54,194 nucleotides of DNA from a virus. The translations under genes and the position numbers were made by a program. This document shows positions 42,960-51,400 of this stretch, piece after piece. The stretch is from IMG/VR virus record IMGVR_UViG_3300045988_120344, positions 1-54,194 of that record, one strand, 5' to 3'. The stretch's first letter is position 1, and every line of letters begins with the position of its first letter. The notes under the pieces were generated by a model. It saw only the letters and a program-made list of their open reading frames with translations. It was not told the DNA's origin and ran no database searches.

Positions 42960-42981
42960 AAATCTATAAGGAGGTTTTATT

Positions 42982-43428
42982 ATGAGCCTACATAATACGG
43001 CATTTACAAAAAATTTAAGGCAATTGTTACACGAAAAAGACAAAACACAAAAAGAATTAGCCGCTTATGTATGTGTGTCTGCACCATCGGTTAATTCGTG
43101 GGTTAAAGGCACTAAAATGCCGCAATTAAGTAAAATCAAAAAGATAGCTTCTTTTTTTCATGTTCCTGTACAAGCGTTACTTTCTGAAGAAAATGAAAAA
43201 CTTGACAAACCACCGAATATTTCAGAAGTATCAGTCGTACCCGCCGATGCTAAATCTGAAAGCGGTCTGATGGTTGAACTATTTGCTGACCGTCCCGATG
43301 TTCTTGAGATAATCGACGGCAAAGTTTTTGGCGACAAGGAAAACAAAAAGCCTTTGTCGCCGGAAGCAAAGCTCCATATAAAAAATTCAGTTCTTTTCAC
43401 CCTCCGTGCTTGCGGTTATAACGTGTGA
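42982..43428 (+). CDS. CI-like repressor (XRE HTH plus a C-terminal domain)
   Basis: 148 aa; KTQKELAAYVCVSAPSVNSWVKGTKMP; first gene of the plus-strand lysogeny operon. Confidence 0.75.
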   Translation: MSLHNTAFTKNLRQLLHEKDKTQKELAAYVCVSAPSVNSWVKGTKMPQLSKIKKIASFFHVPVQALLSEENEKLDKPPNISEVSVVPADAKSESGLMVELFADRPDVLEIIDGKVFGDKENKKPLSPEAKLHIKNSVLFTLRACGYNV

Positions 43429-43555
43429 TTCAATCTGCTAACTAGCAGTTGAAAATACATTATAAAGGGGTGTTGCCACATGGAGAATGTCTACTACATA
43501 ATAATCGATGGTAGAATTGTCCGTATAGTCATTGCAGACTAAGGAGCAATACCAA

Positions 43556-43936
43556 TTGAAAAAACGAATTATAAATATAAATAAAACAGCATTAAAGACT
43601 TTCTTCATCTTCACGCTCATCTTTGTCGGAATGACCGGCTTCACGCTGCGGAATATCCCTGATTTGTCTGACTATCGCCCTGCATCCATCGTAAGCATCG
43701 CTGAACCGGCGGACATAGAATCGGACACAGAATATACGTGGGACAGCCACATTAAGTCAGCAACTAGCCTAGTCAAAACGACCGATTTTTTAAATGTACC
43801 AACATTATCGGCGATTGTACTTACAACGACTTTTGTACTGATTTTAATTAGTAAACAATTTTATCTCAAAAGTCACATTGAATATTGTGGTAAGAAGATG
43901 GTAAAAGCAATAATGCTGCAGTGGAGACCAAATTAA
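43556..43936 (+). CDS. Membrane protein (TTG start after AAGGAG; track ORF starts at 43532)
   Basis: Two hydrophobic segments (FFIFTLIFVGMTGF; LSAIVLTTTFVLILI). Confidence 0.55.
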   Translation: MKKRIININKTALKTFFIFTLIFVGMTGFTLRNIPDLSDYRPASIVSIAEPADIESDTEYTWDSHIKSATSLVKTTDFLNVPTLSAIVLTTTFVLILISKQFYLKSHIEYCGKKMVKAIMLQWRPN

Positions 43937-43966
43937 AATAAAATACAAGTAGGTGTTAATTGAATA

Positions 43967-45364
43967 ATGTCATGGTTACGAAACTTATTAGGGCTTACTA
44001 CCCCAGAAGAAAAAGAATTGCAAGCTATGCGAAAAGAAACAGCTCAACTGAAAGAAGAATCAAATCATATTATATACAATGCTAAAAAAAAAGCCGATAC
44101 CATCATATCAGAAGCAGGAATAAATGCTAAAAATATAATTGACGAAGCTACCGCAAGCATTGCTGAACGTAAACAAGATCTTGAACATCAAGTAAAGTCT
44201 CTAAAAGAAACACTCGATGTAAATAAAAACGGCCTCAAATCATTAGAGGACGAATTGCGTATAAAACAGGGCGCTCTTATTGAACTTGATGAAAAAGTCC
44301 TCTTACAAAATGTATCGCTTTATGAACCTATGTATGATTTTGTAAATTCAGACCGATACAAAGAAGAACTTGATAAAATTCGCAGCAATCAAAAAGCTTT
44401 AATAAAAAATGGATCTGCCATTTCAAAAACACAAACTTGGGTAGTAAATGGAAGTACTGCTGAAGGTAAAAAGATGGTGCGCGACATTTCAAAACTACTT
44501 CTTCGTGCTTTTAACGGCGAATGTGAACATTTGACTGCTAAAGTAAAGTATAATAATTTCGACGCATACAAAAAACGTATTGAATCTGCAAAAGAAGCCA
44601 TAGACAAACTAGGACGATGCATGAGCATTAGCATCAATTATGAATATTTTGATTTAAAAATAAAAGAACTTCATCTTGCTTTTGAGTATAAGCAGATGAA
44701 GCAAAAAGAAAAAGAAGAACAGCGTATGCTACGGGAGCAGCTGCGTGAAGAAGCCCGGCTGAAAAAAGAAATTGAAGAAGCTCGCAGGAAGATCAAAAAA
44801 GAACAGACACATTACAAAAATGCTATCTCTGCAATGAAGGAAAAAATAGCCAGCGCAAAGACTTCTGATGATAAGGAAGTTTTTGTGCAAAAACTAAGTG
44901 AGCTTGAAGAACAGGCGGAGCAGGTAGAAAAGCATATTGCTGATATAGACTACCGCGAAAGCAATCAAAAAGCTGGCTATGTCTACGTTATATCAAATAT
45001 CGGTTCTTTTGGCGAAGGTGTTTATAAGATAGGCATGACGCGCAGACTGGACCCGATGGATAGAGTACGCGAACTTGGAGACGCCTCGGTACCCTTCGGT
45101 TTCGATATTCACGCTATGATTTTCAGCGACAACGCTCCCAAGTTGGAAGCAGCTATCCACAAGGCCTTTGAGAACAGAAAAGTAAATATGGTAAATACAA
45201 GGCGGGAATTTTTTAGAGTTTCGCTTGATGAGATAAAAGATACTATAAATAAAAATTTTGATGGCAGTGTAGATTTTATCGAAACCGCGGATGCTGAACA
45301 GTTCCGAGAAAGCGAAAAACTTTGGCAACAGATGAACGCCCATACCAAAAAGGAGGGAGCTTGA
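43967..45364 (+). CDS. DUF4041-like coiled-coil protein with a C-terminal T5orf172 (MUG113, GIY-YIG-related) domain
   Basis: 465 aa; C-terminal GYVYVISNIGSFGEGVYKIGMTRRLDPMDRVRELGDASVPFGFDIHAMIFSDNAPKLEAAIHKAFENRKVN...REFF is the T5orf172 signature. Confidence 0.7.
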   Translation: MSWLRNLLGLTTPEEKELQAMRKETAQLKEESNHIIYNAKKKADTIISEAGINAKNIIDEATASIAERKQDLEHQVKSLKETLDVNKNGLKSLEDELRIKQGALIELDEKVLLQNVSLYEPMYDFVNSDRYKEELDKIRSNQKALIKNGSAISKTQTWVVNGSTAEGKKMVRDISKLLLRAFNGECEHLTAKVKYNNFDAYKKRIESAKEAIDKLGRCMSISINYEYFDLKIKELHLAFEYKQMKQKEKEEQRMLREQLREEARLKKEIEEARRKIKKEQTHYKNAISAMKEKIASAKTSDDKEVFVQKLSELEEQAEQVEKHIADIDYRESNQKAGYVYVISNIGSFGEGVYKIGMTRRLDPMDRVRELGDASVPFGFDIHAMIFSDNAPKLEAAIHKAFENRKVNMVNTRREFFRVSLDEIKDTINKNFDGSVDFIETADAEQFRESEKLWQQMNAHTKKEGA

Positions 45365-45654
45365 TGTTCTGTAAAAGTTGTGGAAAAGAACTGCCTAATG
45401 ATGCTAAGTTCTGCCTTAACTGTGGAGAAGCTACCGTCTCGATAATGAATAGCGTAGACAAGTCAATGCCTAATTGCCCCCAATGCCATTCTTACAATAT
45501 TACTATAAACAAGAGAGGCTTTGCCTTGGTTAGAGGCATTGTTTTGGGTTTATTTACAGGTGGTATCGGCTTATTGGCTGGATTCTTCGGAATGAATAAG
45601 TTGGTAGGAAAATGCCTTGACTGCGGATATAAGTGGGACATTTTGAATAATTAA
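45364..45654 (+). CDS. Zinc-ribbon membrane protein (ATG overlaps the upstream stop, TGATG)
   Basis: MFCKSCGKELPNDAKFCLNCG..., CPQCHS, TM GIVLGLFTGGIGLLAGFFG, CLDCGYKW. Confidence 0.65.
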   Translation: MFCKSCGKELPNDAKFCLNCGEATVSIMNSVDKSMPNCPQCHSYNITINKRGFALVRGIVLGLFTGGIGLLAGFFGMNKLVGKCLDCGYKWDILNN

Positions 45655-45664
45655 TAATCATCTA

Positions 45665-45693
45665 AAGGTGTATCACAAAAGATACACCTTTTC
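45665..45693 (+). terminator. Rho-independent terminator
   Basis: AAGGTGTATC-acaaaa-GATACACCTT followed by TTC. Confidence 0.65.
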
Positions 45694-45746
45694 AAATACT
45701 CAAATTTGCTATATACGAATAAAAAATTGATAGGAGTGACGCTTAA

Positions 45747-46952
45747 ATGGCCGTACGAACTAGAAAACGCGGTAAAACATGGAGTTATAGTTTTGACATT
45801 GAGCCCGGTCCTGACGGTAAACGCCGTATGAAAGAAAAAGGCGGTTTCAGCTCAAAAGAGGAAGCGTTTACTGCTGGTGCAGCTGCTTATACCGATTGGA
45901 AAAACGGTAATATCGGGTTGACTAGTGACAAGATACTTTTACGGGATTATCTGGAAAAATGGTTTAACCTTCATCAAAAGGACTTAAAGCCAAACTCTGT
46001 CAAAACCTATAATACGGCTATAGAAAACATTAACCGGTATTTAAGTAATATCATTTTGCAAGATTTAAAACCACGTGACATCGACCTGCTTTTCCGCAAA
46101 CTTTGTGACGGTGAAAATAAATCGTATCGTACAATTCAAACTATAAAAACCGTTCTGAGTACGGCCCTTGCTTATGCTGTATATCCGTTGGAGCTTATAA
46201 GCTATAATGCCAGTACCGCTATAAAAATCCCTAAACGGGCTAAACGGCAGGTAGTAAAGCGCTATGTCATAACCAGTAGCGACCTTGAACACCTGCTGAC
46301 TTTGTACCCGTTCGGTACGGATTACCATATCCCGATAGTTTTGGCTTACTATACGGGTTTAAGACTAGGAGAGCTGCTAGGCCTTACCTGGGATAATATA
46401 GATTTAGTCACAGGACAGGTTGATATCGTAAAGCAGCTTACTTATATACCCAGGCAGGGATTTTGCTTTAGGTCATTAAAAACTGATACTAGCAGACGTT
46501 CAATTATGCTTGATACTATAACTATAGCTATTCTGCGCAAATGGCTAAACCTGCAAAAGCAGCGCGAATTAAAAGCCGGTTCATCTTATGTATGCATTTT
46601 TACTAATGAAAACGACTTTATAATACAGAGCTCTAAACGAATAATACAACCGGATAACTACAAACGGCTAAAAATGGTGTGTACCCGTCTTGACGGTGCC
46701 TTAGTTAGCCGTGACTCCTTTTCCCAGACGTTACGCAAAAACGGATTTAACAGCCACTCTTTTAGACATACCCATGCTACCCGTTTAATCGAAAACATGG
46801 CGTCACCGAAAAGTGTGGCCGCAAGGCTAGGTCACAAGTCAACAACCATTACCGAAAATCTTTACACGCATAATACAGATTTAATGCAAAAGCAGGTTGC
46901 TGACATCACTGAACATTTACACGAAAAAGATGTAGACAAGCCTGCTTTGTAG
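45747..46952 (+). CDS. int: Tyrosine recombinase/phage integrase
   Basis: 401 aa; YTGLRLGELLGLTWDNID, HSFRHTHATRL, LGHKSTTITENLYTH (R..HxxR..Y catalytic pattern). Confidence 0.9.
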   Translation: MAVRTRKRGKTWSYSFDIEPGPDGKRRMKEKGGFSSKEEAFTAGAAAYTDWKNGNIGLTSDKILLRDYLEKWFNLHQKDLKPNSVKTYNTAIENINRYLSNIILQDLKPRDIDLLFRKLCDGENKSYRTIQTIKTVLSTALAYAVYPLELISYNASTAIKIPKRAKRQVVKRYVITSSDLEHLLTLYPFGTDYHIPIVLAYYTGLRLGELLGLTWDNIDLVTGQVDIVKQLTYIPRQGFCFRSLKTDTSRRSIMLDTITIAILRKWLNLQKQRELKAGSSYVCIFTNENDFIIQSSKRIIQPDNYKRLKMVCTRLDGALVSRDSFSQTLRKNGFNSHSFRHTHATRLIENMASPKSVAARLGHKSTTITENLYTHNTDLMQKQVADITEHLHEKDVDKPAL

Positions 46953-47174
46953 ACAAATTGTAGACAAATAACAAAACAGATGACCGTTATCCTTGCTTCA
47001 TTAAGGGTAAAGGTCATCTGCTCATATAATGGTTTAGTATTAGAAGTAATATTACATGTTATTTTAAAGGGATTTAGTCTCTTTGTCAAACCGGAAATAT
47101 CACAATAATATTAATCTAAACTGTTTTATGATTTTCAGCGGTTTTACTTTCATCTGTAGACAAATCGTAGACAA
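46932..47174 (+). repeat. Five same-orientation GTAGACAA motifs flanking the int-downstream spacer (candidate attP arm sites)
   Basis: 46932, 46949, 46960, 47156 and 47167; occur as pairs 11 nt apart on each side. Confidence 0.5.
46977..47020. terminator. Long hairpin between the convergent int and 47116-47706 genes
   Basis: CAGATGACC...GGTCATCTG with an inner TTATCCTT/AAGGGTAA pairing. Confidence 0.55.
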
Positions 47175-47706
47175 GATTTTCACTAATTACTAAATCCCAG
47201 TCAGACAGGCTCATCTTATCCCGTAAGCGGGTAAGACGAGCTTTTTCTTTACATACGTCACAAAGTAATTTTTTAAAGTGCAGCATATCCGCACAACCGT
47301 TTTCAATGCACCATTTAACCGCCGTACTATATAATACCTCTGTTTCGTTTTCCCAATCAGCCCAGCGTTCTATAAAGTGTGACAAGGTTTTACGCTTGAA
47401 CTCGCGGCCCACTGTCTGTACCTTAGTTGATAGGGCTTCCGCTGGTGTCAGCTTATCGTAGTTTTCCGCGGCAGGTACCAGCATTAGCCGGTGTCGCTGT
47501 AAATATGTATCCTCGGTACATTCCAGATCCCGCCATTCGTCTAATGCCTGGTTATGCTGTAATTCAGCAAGATTTTTCAGTCCCAGGAATTTCAGATATC
47601 GGCTTGCTTCCGTGTGGAACATTACTCCGGTCAATTGGTGGTTTGCTGTTAACTGATAAAGTTTTTCTATTGTCCAATTCGTCGTGTTCACTACTGTCAC
47701 CTCCAT
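47116..47706 (-). CDS. Hypothetical protein (probable GTG start at 47691 after GGAGGTGA)
   Basis: 196-aa ORF. Confidence 0.6.
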   Translation of the reverse strand: MEVTVVNTTNWTIEKLYQLTANHQLTGVMFHTEASRYLKFLGLKNLAELQHNQALDEWRDLECTEDTYLQRHRLMLVPAAENYDKLTPAEALSTKVQTVGREFKRKTLSHFIERWADWENETEVLYSTAVKWCIENGCADMLHFKKLLCDVCKEKARLTRLRDKMSLSDWDLVISENLVYDLSTDESKTAENHKTV

Positions 47707-47809
47707 ATATTTTATCCTGTAAATTTTTAATTACTTTACCGTACATGTTTCTACCTTCTGGTGAAAAAGCTAAAAAACCTGCCAGCATACCAGCAAAAAA
47801 GTTACCCAT
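47564..47809 (-). CDS. Small N-terminally hydrophobic protein; its 3' part overlaps 47116-47706 out of frame
   Basis: MGNFFAGMLAGFLAFSPEGRNMYGKVIKNLQDKIYGG...; about 140 nt of overlap, so the true end is uncertain. Confidence 0.35.
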   Translation of the reverse strand: MGNFFAGMLAGFLAFSPEGRNMYGKVIKNLQDKIYGGDSSEHDELDNRKTLSVNSKPPIDRSNVPHGSKPISEIPGTEKSC

Positions 47810-47823
47810 AGAATGTCACCGCC

Positions 47824-48228
47824 TTATGCTATCTTTGAAACGATAATATTCGCCAGCGTAAGTGTACCCGCACTTCCAGTATATACCACATTAACGGTCT
47901 TGCTTACGCTGCGGCATGGACAATATCTGCCAACTTTAATAAGCGTAGAAAAACCAATCGCTTGTGGCGATCCTGCTGATGTTGTGGCCACACTGCTAGC
48001 CTGATTATTATTAACACCATCTACCTGTAACTGTGCACCAATAGAACCAGCTTCTGTACTAGACCCGTAAGCATTAAAATCGACACGATATATGCCTGGA
48101 CGGTTAAGTTTTACTGTTGTGCCACCATTAGACAACAATGCAACGCACCCCGTCTCCACATCAGTATTGTTAAACACTATATTGGTATTTGGCGTGACAG
48201 CAATATTGCCAGAATGAGCTTGTAACAT
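47824..48228 (-). CDS. Beta-rich protein, tentatively similar to the BclA C-terminal (C1q/TNF-like) domain
   Basis: 134 aa; pattern ...IVFNNTDV....V.L.RPGIYRVDFNAYG.......GAQLQVDGV...; weak motif-level similarity only. Confidence 0.35.
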   Translation of the reverse strand: MLQAHSGNIAVTPNTNIVFNNTDVETGCVALLSNGGTTVKLNRPGIYRVDFNAYGSSTEAGSIGAQLQVDGVNNNQASSVATTSAGSPQAIGFSTLIKVGRYCPCRSVSKTVNVVYTGSAGTLTLANIIVSKIA

Positions 48229-48251
48229 TTAAATTCCTTCTTTCAATAAAA

Positions 48252-48288
48252 TATAAAACAAAAGAGGGCGACATTTACGCCGTCCTCT
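48252..48288 (-). terminator. Rho-independent terminator after the 214-aa gene
   Basis: Minus strand AGAGGACGGCG-TAAATGT-CGCCCTCT followed by TTTTGTTTTAT. Confidence 0.6.
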
Positions 48289-48334
48289 ATGTACGGCACG
48301 GATGTGTGCTCTGCTACTTTTGCTATGTTTGAAT

Positions 48335-48979
48335 TTAGGCTATACTGCCAGCACCGCAGCAATAGCCACCGATTGAACTGCCAATGCCAAGACCATTGAC
48401 AATACCTGCATTGGGGCATACTGCGCCAACGCCTGTGATGTTTGGTTTAGTAAGCATATTAGCTTTAATCCCTTCGATTTCACGCTGGAGAGTCGTAAAC
48501 TGTGCAGTCATATTCTGTGCTAACGTCATGCGCTCAATCGTTGCGTCCTTGGCTGCCAATTTAGCCTCATAGTTCTGCTGCTGTAGAGCTGCGGCCGTTT
48601 CGTAGCGGTTCTGCTGTGCAAGATTGTTGATTTTCAAGTCAAACATCTTTTCACCCATCGCTGTGTCATACTGCAAACGGGACTGCGTAGCAAGCTGATT
48701 AGTAGAAGCTTGGATTGCGCTAGTCACCGCATCCGTGTTGAGCAAGGAACGCTTTTCCAGCTCACAATTCGTAACCTGTCCGCAACCATGCTCGGCACCA
48801 ACCAGCGCCATGATGTCAGCGACGTTGCCTAAACCGTTATTAGGTGGGAACGGTTGATTATTAAAACCGCCAAAGTTACCCCAGCCCCTGAAAATAGCAA
48901 ACAACAGAATGAAGAAAATAATTAATCCCCATACTGACACGCTGTTACCGGCCATGCCGGTGTTGTCATCAAGTGCCAT
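48335..48979 (-). CDS. Membrane protein with a Gly/Cys-rich C-terminus
   Basis: 214 aa; TM VWGLIIFFILLFAIF; coiled-coil middle region; C-terminal GLGIGSSIGGYCCGAGSIA. Confidence 0.6.
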   Translation of the reverse strand: MALDDNTGMAGNSVSVWGLIIFFILLFAIFRGWGNFGGFNNQPFPPNNGLGNVADIMALVGAEHGCGQVTNCELEKRSLLNTDAVTSAIQASTNQLATQSRLQYDTAMGEKMFDLKINNLAQQNRYETAAALQQQNYEAKLAAKDATIERMTLAQNMTAQFTTLQREIEGIKANMLTKPNITGVGAVCPNAGIVNGLGIGSSIGGYCCGAGSIA

Positions 48980-49023
48980 AATAAAACCTCCTTTTTAAAT
49001 AGATAGTTATTTATTTATGTACA

Positions 49024-49380
49024 TCAGCTTTTTAGCTGCTGTAGTCCTGCTTTAAGCTTTGCCAGGTCGTCTACGAAACTACTCGTAGACGGTGTAGACA
49101 CTGTACCAGATGTACCCGTCAACTTATTAAAAGCATTTCTTGCTTTATTTATATCCGTACCGAGGGCGGACGCTACGACACCAGCTAGAGGGCTGTTAAG
49201 CATACTGCCAGCTTGCGTAAGCATATCGCTTGTCAAGCCAAAGGCTTTAATTGCTTTTTGTGCGCTTTGCAGGCTGTTTACTCCTGCTGACGCTTGCTGT
49301 GCTTGTCCCCATGCTTGCGATAGTTTCTGAGTGTTCGTCGGATTCAAGTTTAGCATCTGTGCTAACATTTGAGCGTTCAT
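49024..49380 (-). CDS. Hypothetical Gln/Ala-rich protein
   Basis: 118 aa; RBS GGAGGTG 8 nt upstream of the ATG. Confidence 0.55.
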   Translation of the reverse strand: MNAQMLAQMLNLNPTNTQKLSQAWGQAQQASAGVNSLQSAQKAIKAFGLTSDMLTQAGSMLNSPLAGVVASALGTDINKARNAFNKLTGTSGTVSTPSTSSFVDDLAKLKAGLQQLKS

Positions 49381-49675
49381 TTTTCAGCACCTCCATTTCC
49401 TGCTGCAAGGTCTGCATCTGCTTTAACATCCCCTGCATAACCTGCATAGTTTCTTGCTGGATCTGCTCTGGCGTTTTAGGCGGCACTATGGCTCCCAGCT
49501 CTACTAGTTTATTATAGTAACTATCAGCCAATTCCTTGAGTTCACTATACTTGCCATCAGTGACACCTACCCGGGTTTTAGTACCATATAGGGCATTTAC
49601 TTCATATATAACACCGTCCTCGACTGTACAAATTCCCGACGGTGTAGCTTTTAGTGTGCTTTGCTCTATCTGCAT
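49247..49675 (-). CDS. Hypothetical protein; its last 134 nt overlap 49024-49380 in another frame
   Basis: 142-aa ORF; RBS AAGGGAGGG; first gene of the minus-strand accessory module. Confidence 0.5.
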   Translation of the reverse strand: MQIEQSTLKATPSGICTVEDGVIYEVNALYGTKTRVGVTDGKYSELKELADSYYNKLVELGAIVPPKTPEQIQQETMQVMQGMLKQMQTLQQEMEVLKNERSNVSTDAKLESDEHSETIASMGTSTASVSRSKQPAKRTKSN

Positions 49676-49763
49676 AGGTCCGCCCTCCCTTTATCTATAT
49701 ACTACTAAATAAGTAACTAATGGAAGTGTACGAAAACTAGCTAAAAAATGGCAATTTTTTTTG

Positions 49764-49848
49764 AAAAAAGACTTGACCTCATGTATTGGTAGTAGTACAA
49801 TTAAAGTATCAAAAGGGAAACACCTTAATAAGATGAAAAAATAAAAGC
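49764..49848 (+). promoter_or_regulatory. Promoter-leader repeat copy 1 (TTGACC - 17 nt - TACAAT)
   Basis: -35 at 49773-49778 and -10 at 49796-49801; about 85 bp near-identical to 51832-51915. Confidence 0.65.
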
Positions 49849-49963
49849 CTGCAAATAAAAAGTCAAGCATAAATTTCAGAATGGAGTAAATTTCTATGAA
49901 ATGACTATCGGACATGCAAAAAAGGCTGCCGCAATGCGCCAACCTGTAAAGAATTTTCTGAAA

Positions 49964-51181
49964 TTATTCTTCTGGTGGTAGATTGTTTAAGTATTCTTTG
50001 ACTTTCCCAAAGTAAATTCGCAGAAACTTGTTGGCTCCAGCTGTCATGTAGACGTAGTAAGGCTTGCCCTCATCGCGTTTCTTCGCCATGAATCTATATA
50101 CTGGGTCATCCTCTGGCTGGTTTTTAATCAGCACTTCCATTATAAGGAACAAAGTCCTTCTTAGATAAGGTGAGCCGTGCTTGCTGGTGTGAACGCTTTT
50201 CTGGGCATAGTCGCCGGATTCATTAACACCTGGGTCTACGCCTGCAAAGGCTGTCAGCTGGCTGCGCTTGGTGAATTTATGCACATCGCCAATCTCGGCA
50301 ATAAGCTGCGGGCCAAGAGTCGTTCCTACGCCGAACATGGACATCACAACAGGGTATTCAGGCAATTGTGAGGCTAAGCTGTCCATCTGCTGACGAAGTT
50401 CCTCCACGGCTTTGGAAATGGCATTGAGCTGTGTTACAGCCTGCTGGACAAAAAGTTTGGTCATGTCATCCTTGGCTAGAATGGGAATCAGCTCTTTTGA
50501 GGCATTATAGATTTCAGCAGGTTTGTCCGGCTGGAAATTGTAGCCGTGCTTTTTGCACCATTTCTGATATTTTTCCGTAAAGGATTTGAGGCTGAGGTTA
50601 CAGACACAATCCACATGCCAAAATTTTTCAATGAAGTCTACCCATTTCTCGCTGCCATCAGGCCGCTTGGGGCTGGTAAAGAATTTATTGGCTCCTGGAT
50701 AGGTTTCATCCATCAGGGCTATAAGGTTATTTTTGTAAGCCGTCTGCTGCTTCTGGTAGAAGCTCATCTGACGGTTCATGGTTTTAAGCTGTGTACGTAT
50801 ATTATCCATAGCTGTATATTGACGCAGCATATACCATTTGTCAAGGGCAAAGCGGCCAATCTTCCTGGCATCTGCCTTGTCGGTTTTGACACGGCGCAGG
50901 GAGTTGTTGTCGAAGTCCTTGATTAGCTTGGGATTCACGGCGCTGACGAACAGTCCCGCGCCAGAAAGCCAGCGTACCACGGGTTCGTAATAACGGCCTG
51001 TGTGTTCCAAAACAATGCGGCATTCGCCGCCTAACGTATTTAAATAGTTTACGAGGTCGTTCATGCCGCTCTTGGTGTGACGTACCTCAAAAGGTTTGGC
51101 TACTGTCTTGCCTAGAGGCTCTAACACGGCTACCGTGCTCCTGCATTTCGAGACATCGATTCCTACTGCGTACATGTGCAT
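49964..51181 (-). CDS. IS110-family (DEDD) transposase/recombinase
   Basis: 405 aa; N-terminal YAVGIDVSKCRSTVAVL; C-terminal FGVGTTLGPQLIAEIGDVHKFTKRSQLTAFAGVDPGVNESGDY (Transposase_20 pattern). Confidence 0.9.
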   Translation of the reverse strand: MHMYAVGIDVSKCRSTVAVLEPLGKTVAKPFEVRHTKSGMNDLVNYLNTLGGECRIVLEHTGRYYEPVVRWLSGAGLFVSAVNPKLIKDFDNNSLRRVKTDKADARKIGRFALDKWYMLRQYTAMDNIRTQLKTMNRQMSFYQKQQTAYKNNLIALMDETYPGANKFFTSPKRPDGSEKWVDFIEKFWHVDCVCNLSLKSFTEKYQKWCKKHGYNFQPDKPAEIYNASKELIPILAKDDMTKLFVQQAVTQLNAISKAVEELRQQMDSLASQLPEYPVVMSMFGVGTTLGPQLIAEIGDVHKFTKRSQLTAFAGVDPGVNESGDYAQKSVHTSKHGSPYLRRTLFLIMEVLIKNQPEDDPVYRFMAKKRDEGKPYYVYMTAGANKFLRIYFGKVKEYLNNLPPEE

Positions 51182-51400
51182 CGCTCCTTCAGATAGAATT
51201 GCAATGGTTGACCATTCTCCTCATTGCCGATTCAATCTCCTGTGGGTTGACACGGACGCATCTGGAAAGATAGCCCAACCTGCATAAATCGAACAGCTGG
51301 GAATGAGAGGATGGCAGACAGACTTTTGTACGGACATGCAAGTCCTAGGAGGAATCCGTCTAACCATTACCTCACTATTCTACCAGCTTAAGTAATGAGG
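51182..51400 (-). ncRNA. Candidate IS110 bridge (seek) RNA in the 5' non-coding end of the IS
   Basis: No ORF; several stems visible (ACGGA/TCCGT, GGAC/GTCC, CCCAGC/GGUUGGG, AATGGT/ACCATT); extended -10 TGGTAGAAT at 51376-51384; the 11-mer CGGACATGCAA (51330-51340) recurs at 49909-49919 in the 3' end. Confidence 0.5.

Noticed and set aside
43438-43644. 68-aa minus-strand ORF between the repressor gene and the membrane-protein gene; likewise the minus-strand ORFs inside the T5orf172 gene (44389-44637, 44993-45461)
   Set aside because: They are antisense to the co-oriented plus-strand lysogeny operon, have no RBS and have a hydrophobic shadow composition.
49691-49942. 83-aa minus-strand ORF, and its relative 51807-51989, sharing ...CFPFDTLIVLLPIH.VKSFF
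   Set aside because: The shared peptide is the antisense translation of the duplicated promoter-leader. There is no RBS, and the sequence is low-complexity and Phe/Leu-rich. Both were treated as spurious.
50177-51287. Plus-strand and alternative-frame ORFs within the IS110 transposase gene (50177-50371, 50546-50926, 50841-51023, 51096-51287)
   Set aside because: They are shadows of the 405-aa transposase ORF. 51096-51287 also runs into the putative bridge-RNA region without any RBS.
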